A stretch of DNA of 63,731 nt, counting the filler, from Circinaria calcarea (Eukaryota): the NCBI GenBank assembly GCA_051942165.1. It is 19 parts of 19 records of this genome, joined end to end, with 100 filler letters (N's around TTAATTAATTAA, not from the genome) between each part and the next. Parts side by side here need not be neighbours in the genome. Positions count along the whole stretch, not along the records: positions 10,114 to 13,382 come from JAVECS010002926.1; positions 13,483 to 16,750 come from JAVECS010002927.1; positions 16,851 to 20,116 come from JAVECS010002928.1; positions 20,217 to 23,480 come from JAVECS010002929.1; 15 more parts are not named here. One strand, 5' to 3'. Numbering within the stretch: position 1 is the first letter of the stretch; each line of letters opens with the position of its first letter. A program made the translations under genes and the position numbers. The notes under the pieces are model-generated. The model was not told the origin of the DNA, searched no databases, and worked only from the letters and a program-made list of their open reading frames with translations. Shown here piece after piece: positions 10,114 to 22,861 of the stretch.

Positions 10114-13100
10114 AGCAATGTCCTTGTCGTCATTGACAATACCAATGTATCCCTAGCCAACAAGCTCGACCTACTCAGCAGGCTCAAGGCTACAATCAAA
10201 CACCAACATGTACCAGAAGTCGCAATCCCGGCATCTTTCGACGTCGTTCGTATCGCTATCTCTTCTTCGGATCTCCTCGATGCTGGCTTCTCCATCCTAT
10301 CTCACCTAACCAAACGTCTCATTCTGCAAGATCACCATTCGATTCTTGCTTCCCAAGGAAACCAAACCTACTCCTGCATTGTCGATCGCCTTGGAGATAC
10401 GAGAGACAGAGTTCGCAGTCGAGCCCTTCAATCGCTCGTTGACTTCTGGTCTGTTTCTCCTACCGATGTCGAACAAGTCATCCGTGACATCGCCTTAGCT
10501 AGCAAGGTCTCAAAGGCGAAAGAAGCTGGTATGCAATGGATTCTAAAGGTATGTTGATTGATCCTCCTCTACAATCAATACTAAACATTCCTAGATGAAC
10601 AAGGAGCATGGTCTTCACTTCCGCAGTTTCGTACCAAAGATCGTCGAGTGTCTCGCAGACGTAGATGGAAGCGTCAGACAAACGGCTGAGACCACTACCA
10701 TAGAACTTTTCGAGTATGTTGATCCTAATTTGCGTCGTACAGCTTGAGTATACTTACTGATGTTCGTGAATAGACATACCTCAGACCGCGCCAAATCTGA
10801 TCTAAAACGACAACTGCAACAAAACGATGTCCAGAAGTCAATTGTCGAGTATATCTATTCTCAACTCGGTCTTTCGATGCCGCTGGAAGCCGAACTCTCC
10901 TCTTCTACACATTCAGAAAAGAGCGAAGCACCAATGAAGAAAACCAAAGTGCCAATGAAGAAAGCCGAAGCACCAATGAAGAAAGCCGAAGCATCAATGA
11001 AGAAAGCCGAAGTACCAATGAAGAAAACTGAAGCACCAATAAAGAAAATTGAAGCACCGAACAGGACTCGCGCCTCCTCTACCAGCACCACTGCCCACTC
11101 GAAGGCTCCTACACCAGTTTCATCTGCATCAGAATCTGAAGCTGATCATCTGGAACCACTCAATATTCATACATCCAGAGAGCTTGAAGACGCCTTCCGC
11201 GACATGGCTGCCCATTTCGAAGGGAAGGAGTCGGAGCACAACTGGACTCATCGTGAAAAAAGCATACTCAAACTCCGACGAATCACAAAGGGTAATTCAC
11301 CTTATGACTTCACCACAACATATCTTGTTGGCATCAAAGCACTGCTTGAAGGCATCCTGAAGACGGTTAACTCTCTTCGTACCACCCTTTCCAATGCTGG
11401 CTGTCTTCTCGTCCAAGACATTGCCACTGCAACTAAATCAGGTATCGATAACATGGTTGAAATCTTACTCCAAAGTCTCATCAAACTCTGTGGAGGTACG
11501 AAGACAATCAGCGCACAAAATGGCAAAGTTACTGTGAACACTATCATCGCCAATGTCACATATAGTGCCCGTCTGACTCAGCATATCTGGAATGCTTGTC
11601 AAGACAAAAACGTCCGACCAAGGACCTATGCTACCGGATGGCTAAGAACTCTCATCAGGAAGCACTCGCATCATAAGAGTGTCCTTGAGCATGCTAACGG
11701 TCTTGATCTGATCGAGAAATGCATCAAGAGAGGTTTAAATGATCCCAACCCGGATGTACGGAAGAGCATGAGGCCTACATACTGGGCCTTTTCGCGTGTT
11801 TGGTCTGACAGGTCGGATGGGTAAGTTGACAATGCCTTCCTTTTGACTGCAAGTCTTTACTGACCATTCACAGTATCATGGCTTCACTTGATGCCAAACA
11901 ACAGGCACAACTGCTTGAACATCCTTCGAATCCAGACCCGGACAAGGTACCCGCCCCTGTGGCAGAAAAAGCCACCACCAAAGTCGCACCTCTCAAAGAG
12001 ACGATCGCCACTCGCATGAAAGCTAAACTGGCGGAACTCAAACGTCCAGACTCTGCACAGCCCTCACCAGCTCGTGCGTCCACTGTGGCACCAAGGCCCG
12101 CAACCTCAATGGCCACATCATCCAAGGCAATGCCATCACTATCCAAGTCTCTGCCCCAAACTGGAACATTGTCGTCGGCGCCTGTACGACCGACAAGACA
12201 AACACGGAAAGCTCCTATACCTCGGAAGGCCAGCAGCCCAAAACTAGACGGTAAAAGTCCACAGCCAAAGGCGGACAGCTCCAAGCCAAAGGCGGACAGC
12301 CCCAAGCCAAAGGTGGATAGCCCCAAGCCAAAGGCTGACAGCCCCAAGCCAAAGGCGGACAGCCCCAAGCCAAAGGTGGACGGCCCCAAACCAGAGGCCA
12401 ACAGCTCCAAACCAAAGTTGTATAACCCCAAACGCAAGGTAGACAGTCCCAAAGACAAGGTTGACTATCCCAAAGATAAGGTTGACAGTCCCAAGTCGAA
12501 GGTTGACAGTCCCAATTCAAAGGTTGACAGTCCCAAAGATAAGGTTGACAGTCCCGATCTCACAGCCAAGGAGAATGTTGCGCCCTCTGTTACACTTCCT
12601 CGTACAGCCGATCACATCCCTGTCGTATCTGCAAATGATACATCTCTCTCCGCAACAGGAAACAAATTTTCTCAAGCACAAAGCATGGTCCAGGACATGG
12701 GCCTGAGGATCTTTGAGGATCCAGGGATGCTTACGTTGAACGTCGCAAAAACTCGCCAGGCACCAAGACCAACCGTACTTGAGGAGATCCCGGTGAACAA
12801 CTACACCTTCAATGGCTCAAAGATTTTACAGAGCGGTATCAGCCGCCTGCAATCAGGAACCCTCGATATCCTCGGGTTCAAGAAACTACAAAATTTCATC
12901 AAGTCGGATGACGTGATATGGCAGGATGGCTCGTTCGATTATTTGCTTTTAACACTTTTGGTTTGTCTCGAGTCTCCGAATTCGCCTATGAGAGGACAGC
13001 TCTTGCTCACAATACGAATGATGCTATTCGAGCATCGAGAACTTTTCTCAACCTTTTACCCTCGGGCGCTCTGCGCCTTTCTATATGCACATCGGTTTTG

Positions 13101-13382
13101 CACCTCGTCATCACACCTAGCATGTGGTTTAGCGGAGGCTTGCGAGGATATCGTCGTCTATACGGAATACCCGGAAGATTGCATCGATAGCATTTTGGAT
13201 TTGATAGAAACAGAGCCTATCAACGAGGAAGGCACCCGTACCATAAGTATGGGTTTGTTTGTTCTGTCTGGCCTCCTTAGGCATCAGGTCAGGCTTACGG
13301 CTGATACCGAAGCAAGGCTAGCCAGGCTAGCGCTTGCAAAGTTGAATGCCGCCAACAGCAATGTTCGCCTGTCAGCTATAAC
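10114..13382 (+). CDS. STU1: Stu1/CLASP microtubule-stabilising TOG/HEAT protein (both ends truncated, 3 introns)
   Basis: IKHQHVPE...LSHLTKRL; FEGKESEHNWTHREKSILKLRRITKGN; VNSLRTTLS; CQDKNVRPR; CIKRGLNDPNPDVRKSMRPTYWAF; C-terminal LQSGTLDILGFKKLQ. Confidence 0.93.
10918..11059 (+). repeat. Coding 21-bp tandem repeat (about 7 x KKAEAPM)
   Basis: AAGAAAGCCGAAGCACCAATG-like units inside a STU1 exon. Confidence 0.9.
12265..12558 (+). repeat. Coding 21-bp tandem repeat (14 x PKADSPK / DKVDSPK)
   Basis: CCAAAGGCGGACAGCCCCAAG-like units grading into AAGGTTGACAGTCCCAAAGAT units in the STU1 linker. Confidence 0.92.
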
Positions 13383-13482
13383 NNNNNNNNNNNNNNNNNN
13401 NNNNNNNNNNNNNNNNNNNNNNNNNNTTAATTAATTAANNNNNNNNNNNNNNNNNNNNNNNNNNNNNNNNNNNNNNNNNNNN

Positions 13483-14307
13483 AGCCGGTATCCCGCTCAG
13501 ATGCCTCGCAATGCCCATCAGTAATCGGTTCTTGCGAGTCATAGGCCCTCTATGCGGAGAGTAGATCCAACCCCGAACATCCACATCCACTATGGCGTTG
13601 TCATCTTCATACTTTTCCCATTCCCTTCGCCAGTAATCCGCGTCTCCGCTACCAGTGCCATCTCGTAGGTCTCGTGACGTCCCCGGTTGGACCTGTACTC
13701 TTGGCTTTGCCTTTTTCGTATGTCGTCGAGCATAACTTGGGAACAGGAGCATTTCCTCGTCCCCATTTCGCGCTATAGCCACGTCTGGAAATGCGCTCGG
13801 TATCCTCGTGTCATCCTCCTCCGCCTCCCCGTCGAATTGAGCTCGCGCAGCGGAGGACTGCTGGTAGGATTGTCGTAACTCATTCGCGGCCTTGAGGTAT
13901 CCGGCAAGCTTCTTTCTCCGTGTCCCCCGCTCCGCTCCGGCTCCAACCACGCTCAACGCTCCAGCATTCCCGGTCTGCGACATGTTCGAAGGCCTTGACG
14001 GTGCATCTCCCACCTTGACCAAAGCGAGGCTCCCTTCCTTCTTACGCCGGATGTATCCAAGGATTCCTTTACCGGCAGCCTTCCGCTTCAAATTCCTCGC
14101 CTGGCGATCAACAATGAACCGATAAATCCGTGACTGGACTTTTTGCCGGTAACGTGGGATGGTCTCGTGTCTATAAGCTGAGACCCGTGCCCGAGCTTGT
14201 TGACGTAGGCGAGGAAAGAGGAATCTCAGGAATGATGAAGCGTCCGGGTGGCTCCCAAGTGACCGTAATCGAGGGAATCGCAGAGGAGCCAGCTTTGGGG
14301 ATGGCAA
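13483..14307 (-). CDS. APP1: App1-like phosphatidate phosphatase / actin patch protein, N-terminal part (truncated)
   Basis: RRKKLAGYLKAANELRQSY, LLFPSYARRH, DVDVRGWIYSPHRGPMTRKNRLL..IARHLSGIP are characteristic of the Pezizomycotina App1 N-terminus. Alternative start at 13983. Confidence 0.75.
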
Positions 14308-14988
14308 CCGTCGACTACAGTCTCAGGCGTGGCACTGTAATACTGTGACGAGCCATTATCGTGATGATAGTTAGTTCATGAGATCAGGTGGTGGACAGAT
14401 TTCAAAGGTAAGGAACAAATCGGCCATTTGCTTCCTGCAATCACGTATGGTCTCCCCCTGAGAAGCTAAGACTCCGTTTGTTTGCGAGGCTGTCGGGCTA
14501 TGAGGTCATAATCTACTTTATCTAAGGAGTCAACTACCATACGACCAAGTAACGAATCTACCATGGCATTCAACACTGCCTCTGACAGATGTTCTCATGA
14601 TTGACTCCTCCTACTCTCTTTCCTATTTCAGAGCACCTCTTCCCTTAGGCCCAGAAAGACTCCATCGCATCCACACCAGTGACATTGTGTACTTGACTAC
14701 CACTACTGTCATGTGAGCATTCGACTCTCTTGCATCCGACCAATCTTTCTACGAAATGCAATATATTTCATCACATTAGCAGTATAGAGCTTCTTCTCAA
14801 ACAGCGGTTGCCCTAACGCAATATAGCTTGGGCGACTTTTCCTATGAAAGCCTGAAACTTCAAGCCTAAATAAAGCCTTCATTACCGTGAGATATGGATA
14901 GGACGACAAGTACTGATTGAGATGCTGATATGGCATTCCAGCGGAACCTCACCATCGGCGGTACTTGCTCCTCTAGAGATTCGTAGAG

Positions 14989-15343
14989 ATGTCACAATCC
15001 AGCCAATCCAACCAATCTAGCTCATCCGGATGGGACGGTCAACCCTACAATATCATCCGCTCTGGTAACGACTCCCAGGCGTATCCCGCCCACCTGTCTT
15101 TCTTTTCTCCTACCCATCTCTTATAACCTACACTCTTCCTTTCCTCGCGGTCTTACTCATTATTGTCAAAGGGGGGTCACTAGTGCAAGCGTGACTACTC
15201 CTCCCCCCGATTACACACATGTGAACCAGAATTCCTACCACTACTCCAACGCCGACGGTAGTTACTACTAATCTAATTCCGACGGTTCGACATGTTACGA
15301 CAATGGGAAGGGGGAATCACATTTCACCATGCCTCTAAAGTAG
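14989..15343 (+). pseudogene. Pseudogene of a small conserved fungal Tyr/Ser/Asn/Gly-rich protein
   Basis: Spliced reading MSQSS...SGNDSQ|GGH*CKRDYSSP(frameshift)DYTHVNQNSYHYSNADGSYY*SNSDGSTCYDNGKGESHFTMPLK* follows the family pattern SGTNSQGNHYCSRDY...NSYHYSN.DGSYYYSN..GSTYYN.GKG. Two stops, one frameshift, GC at the donor site. Confidence 0.75.
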
Positions 15344-15773
15344 TGGAGAATTCTATACTCGGCAGGATGACAACTTCGGGGCAGGAGATTGGTGAAAGGG
15401 TCTGGGACGGCGATGTCGGTATCGAGCCATACGATCCCTGAATGGAGCACACCAGCTATTTTATCCTTTGAATTTTGACTTTAAATGCACAGCAGCAACT
15501 CATAAACAGATGCTAAACATATCCAAGACTCCAATTCACTTTATACCCCGCGGTTGCTCTCGCTCCATTATTTATTAGTCTCAAGTCTAAAAGGGCCGGT
15601 CTCTCGCCCACAGACTCTCTAGTCAGAACCAAAACCAGCATGCCTATATTACTTCTCACCCTTCTCCATTTTCTCTGCGTCCCGCAATCTCCAAACACCA
15701 TCGACAGTTCCTGGCCTATATAACCAAATCTATCATATATTACCCCATCAGCTTCCCTCCGCTTCAACCGGAA

Positions 15774-16316
15774 ATGTTTTTGCAGCTTCCAGCCATTGAC
15801 CCGAAGGATCACTTCGAAACATCCGAAAAGGAAACCTCAATGGAGAAATGCCCACCACTACCAACACCCTCCTCCGACCTTGAAGCCCAACTATCCACCT
15901 CGCCTTCGCCTTTGTTCCCGCACTCCCGCAAGGAAATGGTCGCCGAAAATTGGCCTGGATTCAACCTACCCGCCGCCCTCCATTCGATCTGCTTCTGCAC
16001 ACAATTCGCTCTCCTCCTAATCCTAGACTTCTACGCCAGGCGTTGCGCTTTCGGATGCAGCCACCCGGCAATTGTCACGTTTGCCCACGCTTTGGTGTTG
16101 GGATGCCTCTACGTCCCCCCCTGTACCATCGTTGGACATATCATCTACACGGAAGCTTGGCGGTTCAGAGGCGGAAACGTATCGCTTCAAGGAGTGAAAG
16201 AATTTGGCCAGAGGAATAGGCGGGCGTATTGGTGCTGTCTGGCTGCCCAGATGAGTGTCTGGGTTTTTGCAGGAGTTTCTGCTTTTTTTGATGCCGAAGC
16301 GAATTGCTGGTGGTGA
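15774..16316 (+). CDS. Hypothetical membrane protein (about 3 TM segments)
   Basis: 180-aa ORF with a DLEAQ cytosolic N-terminus and three Cys-containing hydrophobic stretches. Confidence 0.55.
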   Translation: MFLQLPAIDPKDHFETSEKETSMEKCPPLPTPSSDLEAQLSTSPSPLFPHSRKEMVAENWPGFNLPAALHSICFCTQFALLLILDFYARRCAFGCSHPAIVTFAHALVLGCLYVPPCTIVGHIIYTEAWRFRGGNVSLQGVKEFGQRNRRAYWCCLAAQMSVWVFAGVSAFFDAEANCWW

Positions 16317-17170
16317 AGGGGGAAGGGCCAGTGATACCGGGCAGGAAACGAAAACAGACGCTGATGGCTCGCGGGGGGAGGGGGAGGGGAGGCAGAACCC
16401 TGGCGTTTCATTTTCTCTCTCTATCTCTACGTCTTCCCCGGCCATACTTATCAACTCGACACTCTTTTCTTTTCAGAGTTAGCACATCCGTACTTAAGAA
16501 CAGTTTTCCCCTTGGCCTTTGCACTTTGCGAACCATAACAATTTACATAGTACACACATACAAAATAGCCTATTGCGTACACATTGGTTCCTGCCTTGGT
16601 GCATTGCTTAAGCCACGCCACGCCACGTACATTTGTATATTTAACATTTATCCTTTTCATCCCCAGTTCCCCACAACTCCCAAAAGCCCCACTCATTCCC
16701 AACTCCCAACTCCCAACCCCCAACCTCGACGAACCTTCTCCGTATTAAATNNNNNNNNNNNNNNNNNNNNNNNNNNNNNNNNNNNNNNNNNNNNTTAATT
16801 AATTAANNNNNNNNNNNNNNNNNNNNNNNNNNNNNNNNNNNNNNNNNNNNGGTTTAGGGGTTAGTATTTATTATAATACGGCCCTGAGAATGGGTTCGTT
16901 GGCTATTTAGTAAATCACAGCTATTCAGTGCTTGATTTGTTCACTGGTTTACTACTGCAAAAAATTTGAGTGGAATGATTCTATTTTTTAGTCGGGAACC
17001 CCTCGTCTAATACTACAAAAAAAATAGCGTTCCTTCCCCAGTGGGAACGGAAGTCGCTCCATAGCCATTATGTATTCTAAGCCCGAGCTACCGCTTTTTT
17101 ATATAGTTGGCACCGGTAGTTTTTAATATGATTAATATCAAAGATCTGAAATAGTATATAGTTCAAGCCG

Positions 17171-19611
17171 TTATTGCTCGAATAGCATACGGATATCAGA
17201 AATAGGATATTCTGATAATACCTCCTTTAAAATCTTCCTCTCATCACGACGTGTATAATCCAGCGGAATTTTTCCCTCATCGTTCCTCGCCATTTTGTCA
17301 CTCCCATATTCAATCAGTAACTTCACGGTCGCTAACCCTTTATCTCCAATCATCGAAGCCGCCCAATGCAAGGCAGTCATCCCCCTTTTATTTTTTAGTG
17401 ACGTATTAGCCCCTTTCCCAAGTAGATATCGTACCAATGCTTCGTTATATACCAGAACAGTATTGTACAGTACCGAATTGCCATAATCATCCACCGCATT
17501 CACATCCGCTCCTTTCTCGAGCAATAAGTCGAAAAGTTCTGTGCATGGCTCTTTGTCCTCAAGAGCCTCCGTGAAAGCGAGCATTAGCGGCGTATATCCA
17601 TATTTGTCCCTCGCCTCAATGTCTGCGCGCTGTTCCAGTAACAGCCGAGCCATCTTTAGGTTCAGCCTACAGATGGCGATATGGAGTGCAGTACGTTGCT
17701 TTCCACCTTCTGACTCGATATTTGCTCCCCTTTCCAAAAGCAACCGTATGGAAGGCTCATACCCTTTTGATATTGCATGGCGTAGCAGTGTTCCTCCGAA
17801 TATGTATTCCTCTTCGACATTGATTTTCCCAATCTCGATTAGCTTTTGTACCAAATGCTCCTCTTTACCATATAACATCGCGTGCCAGAGTAATCCATTG
17901 TCACCTTTCGCATCCCAATCAACCCCACCATGTACGAGGAGAAGCTTCACCACCCAATTGTCATCTTCCATGCTATAGCATGCCTCCCTATCGCGCATGG
18001 CTAGCGATAGAGGTGTGTTTCCATCCTCGTCTTGCGAGTTGGGATCGATGCCGTGTTGGCTTAGTAGTAGCTTCACTCCTTCGCTGTTGCCCCTCGCAGA
18101 AACTATATGAAGTGCTGTGCACCCATTACAGTTTGTTTTATTAATGTCGGCACCCTTTTGCAGCAGCAGTCGCATTTTCTTGGATCCCAAGTCGAAACAC
18201 GCTTCTTGCAACGGGGTCTGACCCTTGTCATCTTTCGCCTCAATGTCAGCCCCTTTTTCAAGAAGAAGCTGCAAGGCAGTCGCTGATCCATTCCTTGCCG
18301 CCTCGTGTAATGGAGTCCGTTGATTTGTGTCTCTAGCCTCAACCTTGGCCTTATTTTCCAATAATAACTGAACCAGCTCCCCAGATTCATTAAATGTCGA
18401 ACTGACTGCTTCATGCAATGGAGTCCGACTAGATTCGTCCGCCTTCGTCGAATCTGCTCCATACTGTATCAGCAGACGTGCCACACTAACCTGGCTGTAC
18501 CGCCCCACTTTGTGAAGGGCAGTTCGTCCTTTCTGATCTATCGCATTGGCATCTGCTCCTTTCTTCAACAGCCACAAAGCCGCAGCACAATCCCCCTCAT
18601 CTGCAGCTTTGTGTAGAACATGCTGCATGGCCCAATAAGATGCGCTAACTCCAAGAATCTTGCCTTCCTTAAATAGGAACTCTACCACATCTTCATGACG
18701 ATTCGTGATTACCAAATCTAATAGTTTGATTTTAAACTGTCCATATTCACTAGCAAATGTGATTCCCGATGGGTATCCTCCTTCGATGGAATCCATGAAA
18801 TCGACCAAATATATGCATTCCGCCTCTGAATACAAATCGACAAGGTCTGCAACCAGTCCCAGTCCCTTAAGAGATGATACTCGTTCCTCGGAGGCATTTG
18901 TAACAATCTAGACCATTGTCAGATCGGAAAGTTTTCAATGGGAAAGGACCACCAACAGGTAATAAGAAACAGATTGCAGCAAATGGTATACCTGCATGAA
19001 TTGGATCAATACTTGCTACCGTGCTTCCAACAGTCTTGAATTTCAGGACAACGTTGACAATCTTATCTACCAATTCTGTAACAAGCATTTGACCTTTCCG
19101 CCATGGAATTCGAATTTTCCATTGCCTGTTAGTCATAAGTCCAACCCTGTTGTCTACCACTGCCTTCATAGTTTCGTTCAAGGGAAGATTCCTCTGAATA
19201 TCTGCCGTTTTGGCCAGTATACGCTCGTACTCTTCTACTACTTCCGGCTTCTCCTTTCGTAATTTCTCGTAGGCTCGGTCCCAGAGGGGTTGCTGGTCTT
19301 TAGTGTCTGGCCCTTCTGATAGAGGAAAATTTTGTCCAGCTTGAGGTGATGTATCTTCAAGTGTGGATAATACAGATCGTGTCGCATGATCTGAATCCGC
19401 TGAAGCTTTCTGATGGTGGGTATTACTTGCCTTCGCAATGTCAGCAATATAAGCGAAGAACAGTGTCGCATCTTACTCTAGTATCTTTTGTCGCGACCGC
19501 AACGTGGGAATTGTTCTCCAGCAAGGCTGGTTTTGATGCGACTCTGTTCTGGTCAAGTTTGCCCTTCCTGCGATGCAAGAACTTGCGCCAACCCCTTGGT
19601 TGGTTCTCCAT
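17171..19611 (-). CDS. NLR-related protein: NWD/NACHT_N-type N-terminal domain plus ankyrin repeats, no NACHT domain
   Basis: ATG 19611 and two introns. LWDRAYEKLRKEKPEVVEEYERIL...SIDPIHAGIPFAAICFLLP is followed by more than ten ankyrin repeats (GRTALH, RTPLHEAA, GNTPLSLA, GYTPLMLA, GMTALHWAA). Confidence 0.85.
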
Positions 19612-19789
19612 TCTTGCAGAATACCAATACAAGTTACTCAATCAAAGCTCGTTGTGGGTTGAACTGATTGCTGCGAATTATATTGGTTCCGGTGAACGAG
19701 AATCAGATACTTGAGGGATGATTCTCCAACTGTCTTTGCAAACGCGGGGTAGCAGAAAAGAGGTGTATTGAAAGGAGGGCACTACGTCT

Positions 19790-20116
19790 TCAATGCTATG
19801 CACGGTATAACCGGAATATATATGGGTAAACACTATTATATACTCCTATATAGTGTGTATAACGTATAATACGAGTCCGGAACGTGCCACCCCCTATTTC
19901 TAAAATAGCTGGCTTTTTTCTTATATAGTTTACAGAAAAGATTAAACGAATATTAATTACTTTAAAATAAAATTAATATAAATTCGATTTTAATATAATT
20001 TAATATAATTAATTTATTATAATTTTATTATTTTATTAAATACTCGATTTTATTTATTATTTTAAATTATATATTACGTTACGGCTAGAAAAAAACGGAC
20101 TCGATTTTATTAATAT
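19790..20116. repeat. RIP-like AT-rich degenerate repeat
   Basis: Abrupt shift to TpA-rich, CpA/TpG-poor sequence upstream of the ankyrin gene. Confidence 0.6.
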
Positions 20117-20216
20117 NNNNNNNNNNNNNNNNNNNNNNNNNNNNNNNNNNNNNNNNNNNNTTAATTAATTAANNNNNNNNNNNNNNNNNNNNNNNNNNNN
20201 NNNNNNNNNNNNNNNN

Positions 20217-21226
20217 TTCAGCACGCTGTAAATATGCAAACGAGTATCGAAGTTGCATCGACCGCCCAGGCAGAGGTCCCACCCGATGAAGACAAGAGTG
20301 AAAGTATCCATTGGTCAAAAGGGACATACCATCGCCAAGATTGACGATCGCGCAGCCAGCAATTGGCTGAACCCATTCCCACTGCCTAGATACCGGAGAA
20401 AGGACTTGTAAACCAGGCTGCCGGGTGAATAGAAAGGTGAGGCTACCCATGTCAGTATGTGGTGTGTGACAGATGCCCTGCTCCTCCGCTGGCTGAGCAT
20501 GATATTTCAGGAGTCGGATAATGTCCGGTGAAGGTGTATCAGGCTTGTGAAATTTCTCAAGGCCCTCATCCGCGGGCAGACCAAGCGAGGAGGAGAGATT
20601 TAAAAGCAAAAGAGTCGAGGCACCATTTATGAAGGTTGTGAAGGCTTCCAACGTACTCATGTGCTTGTCGATGACAGCCGGCCGAACAAAATTGATAGGA
20701 TCATCTAGCCCCTTTATGTTGTTCTTCGAAATCTGACGGAAATTGTGAGACGATTTCACAGCACCTTCGAGCGACGATGCAGAGAGATATGAGTGGACAT
20801 ACTGAATAGGTCTCAAATCCATCAAGCTTTCCCTTGATACCTCCGAAGTTACGCCCTAAAGGCTTATATCTTGTCAAGCATGAGTCAGAACAATCTCGAT
20901 AGGTGTCTGTCGAAAGAGAACTGCAGGAATACATACCCATTGAGCTTCATCTTGGAGAGCTTATCCACATCATACCGGAGCTTTTCTTGCTCCAGAAGGT
21001 TGAAGAGTTCCTCTTCTAATGTATAGATTCCCTCCACTACTTCAGGAATAATACTCTTTGCATGTTGAAAATCTAGGTAGAAGAAGCCTTCGTTTCGGCA
21101 AGCCGCAAAGAGTTTCTCTGACTCAGCCGCATTGCCCACTTGGAGGAGGTCTAGGCGAACCCTTTGTAGCGTAGCAACTGGGACGTTCGATAGAGATTCA
21201 AAGCTTAGGTCTCCATCTAGAGACAT
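20217..21226 (-). CDS. 2-oxoglutarate/Fe(II)-dependent dioxygenase (IPNS/DIOX_N family), 3'-truncated
   Basis: LFAACRNEGFFYL; HTDMGSLTFLF (HxD); IVNLGDGM; SCLHRV (distal His); RYS. Two introns. Confidence 0.93.
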
Positions 21227-22861
21227 TTTTCAGTAATAAAAAGGAGGCTCCTCTTCGCTAGCTGTGAGAGTAATAGTGAGAACAACTTGAATGTATTCCT
21301 TCAACAGTTAGATGCACTAATGGCCGAGGTCGCAAGCTGTCTGTGGCTACTTAAATATGTCAATTTGGTGAGGGGGATAGAGAAGGTGACTGAACGTCAG
21401 AACCTGACGAACCGCAGAGATTGAAGGTCCAAGAAAGTGGATACTGGAACCGAGACTGGATGATATTTATCCTGTCATGGCGAAGCGACGTTCTCCCTCG
21501 GCTGCTCTCTACCCGTTATTAAAGGTTATCAAGTGTCGACATATTCCGAAGGCAAGCCTTTGTAACGCCGATTTACATACATGAATGCAGCTAATGTCCG
21601 CTCATGCATGTCCATAAGTGTACCAGTGAGGCCGCGCGATGCACTCCATGTGCTCTTGCGTGAGGCACACAGGGCTTCTTTGCCTTGATCAACGGTCTCC
21701 GTCCAGGAAAAGGCATTACTAAAGGAATGTTTCCCGGCAAAAATTGCACGCCCATGTTTGGAAATCCCCGGCTCGGGTAGTCAAGCACTGACCGGTCACC
21801 GCTATACGCTAGCAGAACTGAGTTAGCCGCTGCAAGTCAAAATTGCCTCACCTCTCGAACTCCGCCCACCTACCCTACCCACGCGCCTGACTAATAAACC
21901 GTTCCTAGTCTTGGTCGGCGACGTATTTTGTCAGCCGTGTGCTACTCTCCTCGACTGTTGCCGTGGTTACTTTGGACTGGGTAGTCTGCAGATCTCGCCC
22001 TCAGCATCGAAGCCCGTTGATCCTGTCGGCCAGATTCCTTTCTAGAGGATGCGCTGACCGGCTACGTAAGATGCTAACCATTGAAGGTGGAGGCGGAACT
22101 CAAAATTAACGCATACCAAGTCGTTCAAGAGAACGAAAGGATGAAAGAGATATCGCTAGGAAGTGGAGGTTTCGTGGGGGATGGAGCTCCATTAGACGGG
22201 AATGTACCAAGGCTTCCGTCCTCTGCTGTTCTCGGTGCTATGCTGGTTGCTAGCATAGCTTGGAGGCCCCCACAGACCCAGAATCCCACCCAGGAACTGA
22301 AAGACAGGGGCTCGGGTATGCCTTTACATGCCAAGCGACGATTGTTGGCCGTTCTACAGCTAGATGGGATGAGCTGAATAGCTCTATCGTGATCCCCCTC
22401 CTTCGCGAACTGGAGCTGTGATGTATGGATCCCCTCGGGAATGGCCCGGCAAAAATGGGCAGTTATCTGGCTCACTGACCAATGGTCAATGAGCCACACA
22501 CATATCAAAAGGCGTTGGTTTTGCCAAGAAAGAGGAACATTCGCCTTGTATTCTAATAGGAGGCAAGGAGCACGAGCATGTCATTTCCCCCTCATCCTTT
22601 TGTCAAATATGACAGTACATTTAAACCTGACGTATACTTCAAGCTGTTACTCAAGCGGAACGAACCATGCGTTCTTTGGATACCATGTTAGGATTGGTCA
22701 GGCTGGGTGGCACATGAACCAAGTCCTTCGATGGCATAGTTCATTCCGACTCGGGCAACAGCTTAGGGGATACTATCCACGGATGGTCACGTTCTTGACA
22801 GAGATGCAGTAGAAATGATTGCACAGGATGATTTCCCTTCGCTCATATCTCTCTTTCAAAC

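Noticed and set aside
11868..12520. Minus-strand repetitive ORFs (GLGLSAF / WGCPPLA repeats)
   Set aside because: They are antisense frames of the STU1 21-bp coding repeat.
15181..15272. Stop-codon reassignment (TAG/TAA read as Tyr) in the small conserved protein
   Set aside because: The same gene has a frameshift, and other genes in the window end normally at TAA or TAG. Pseudogenisation is the simpler explanation.
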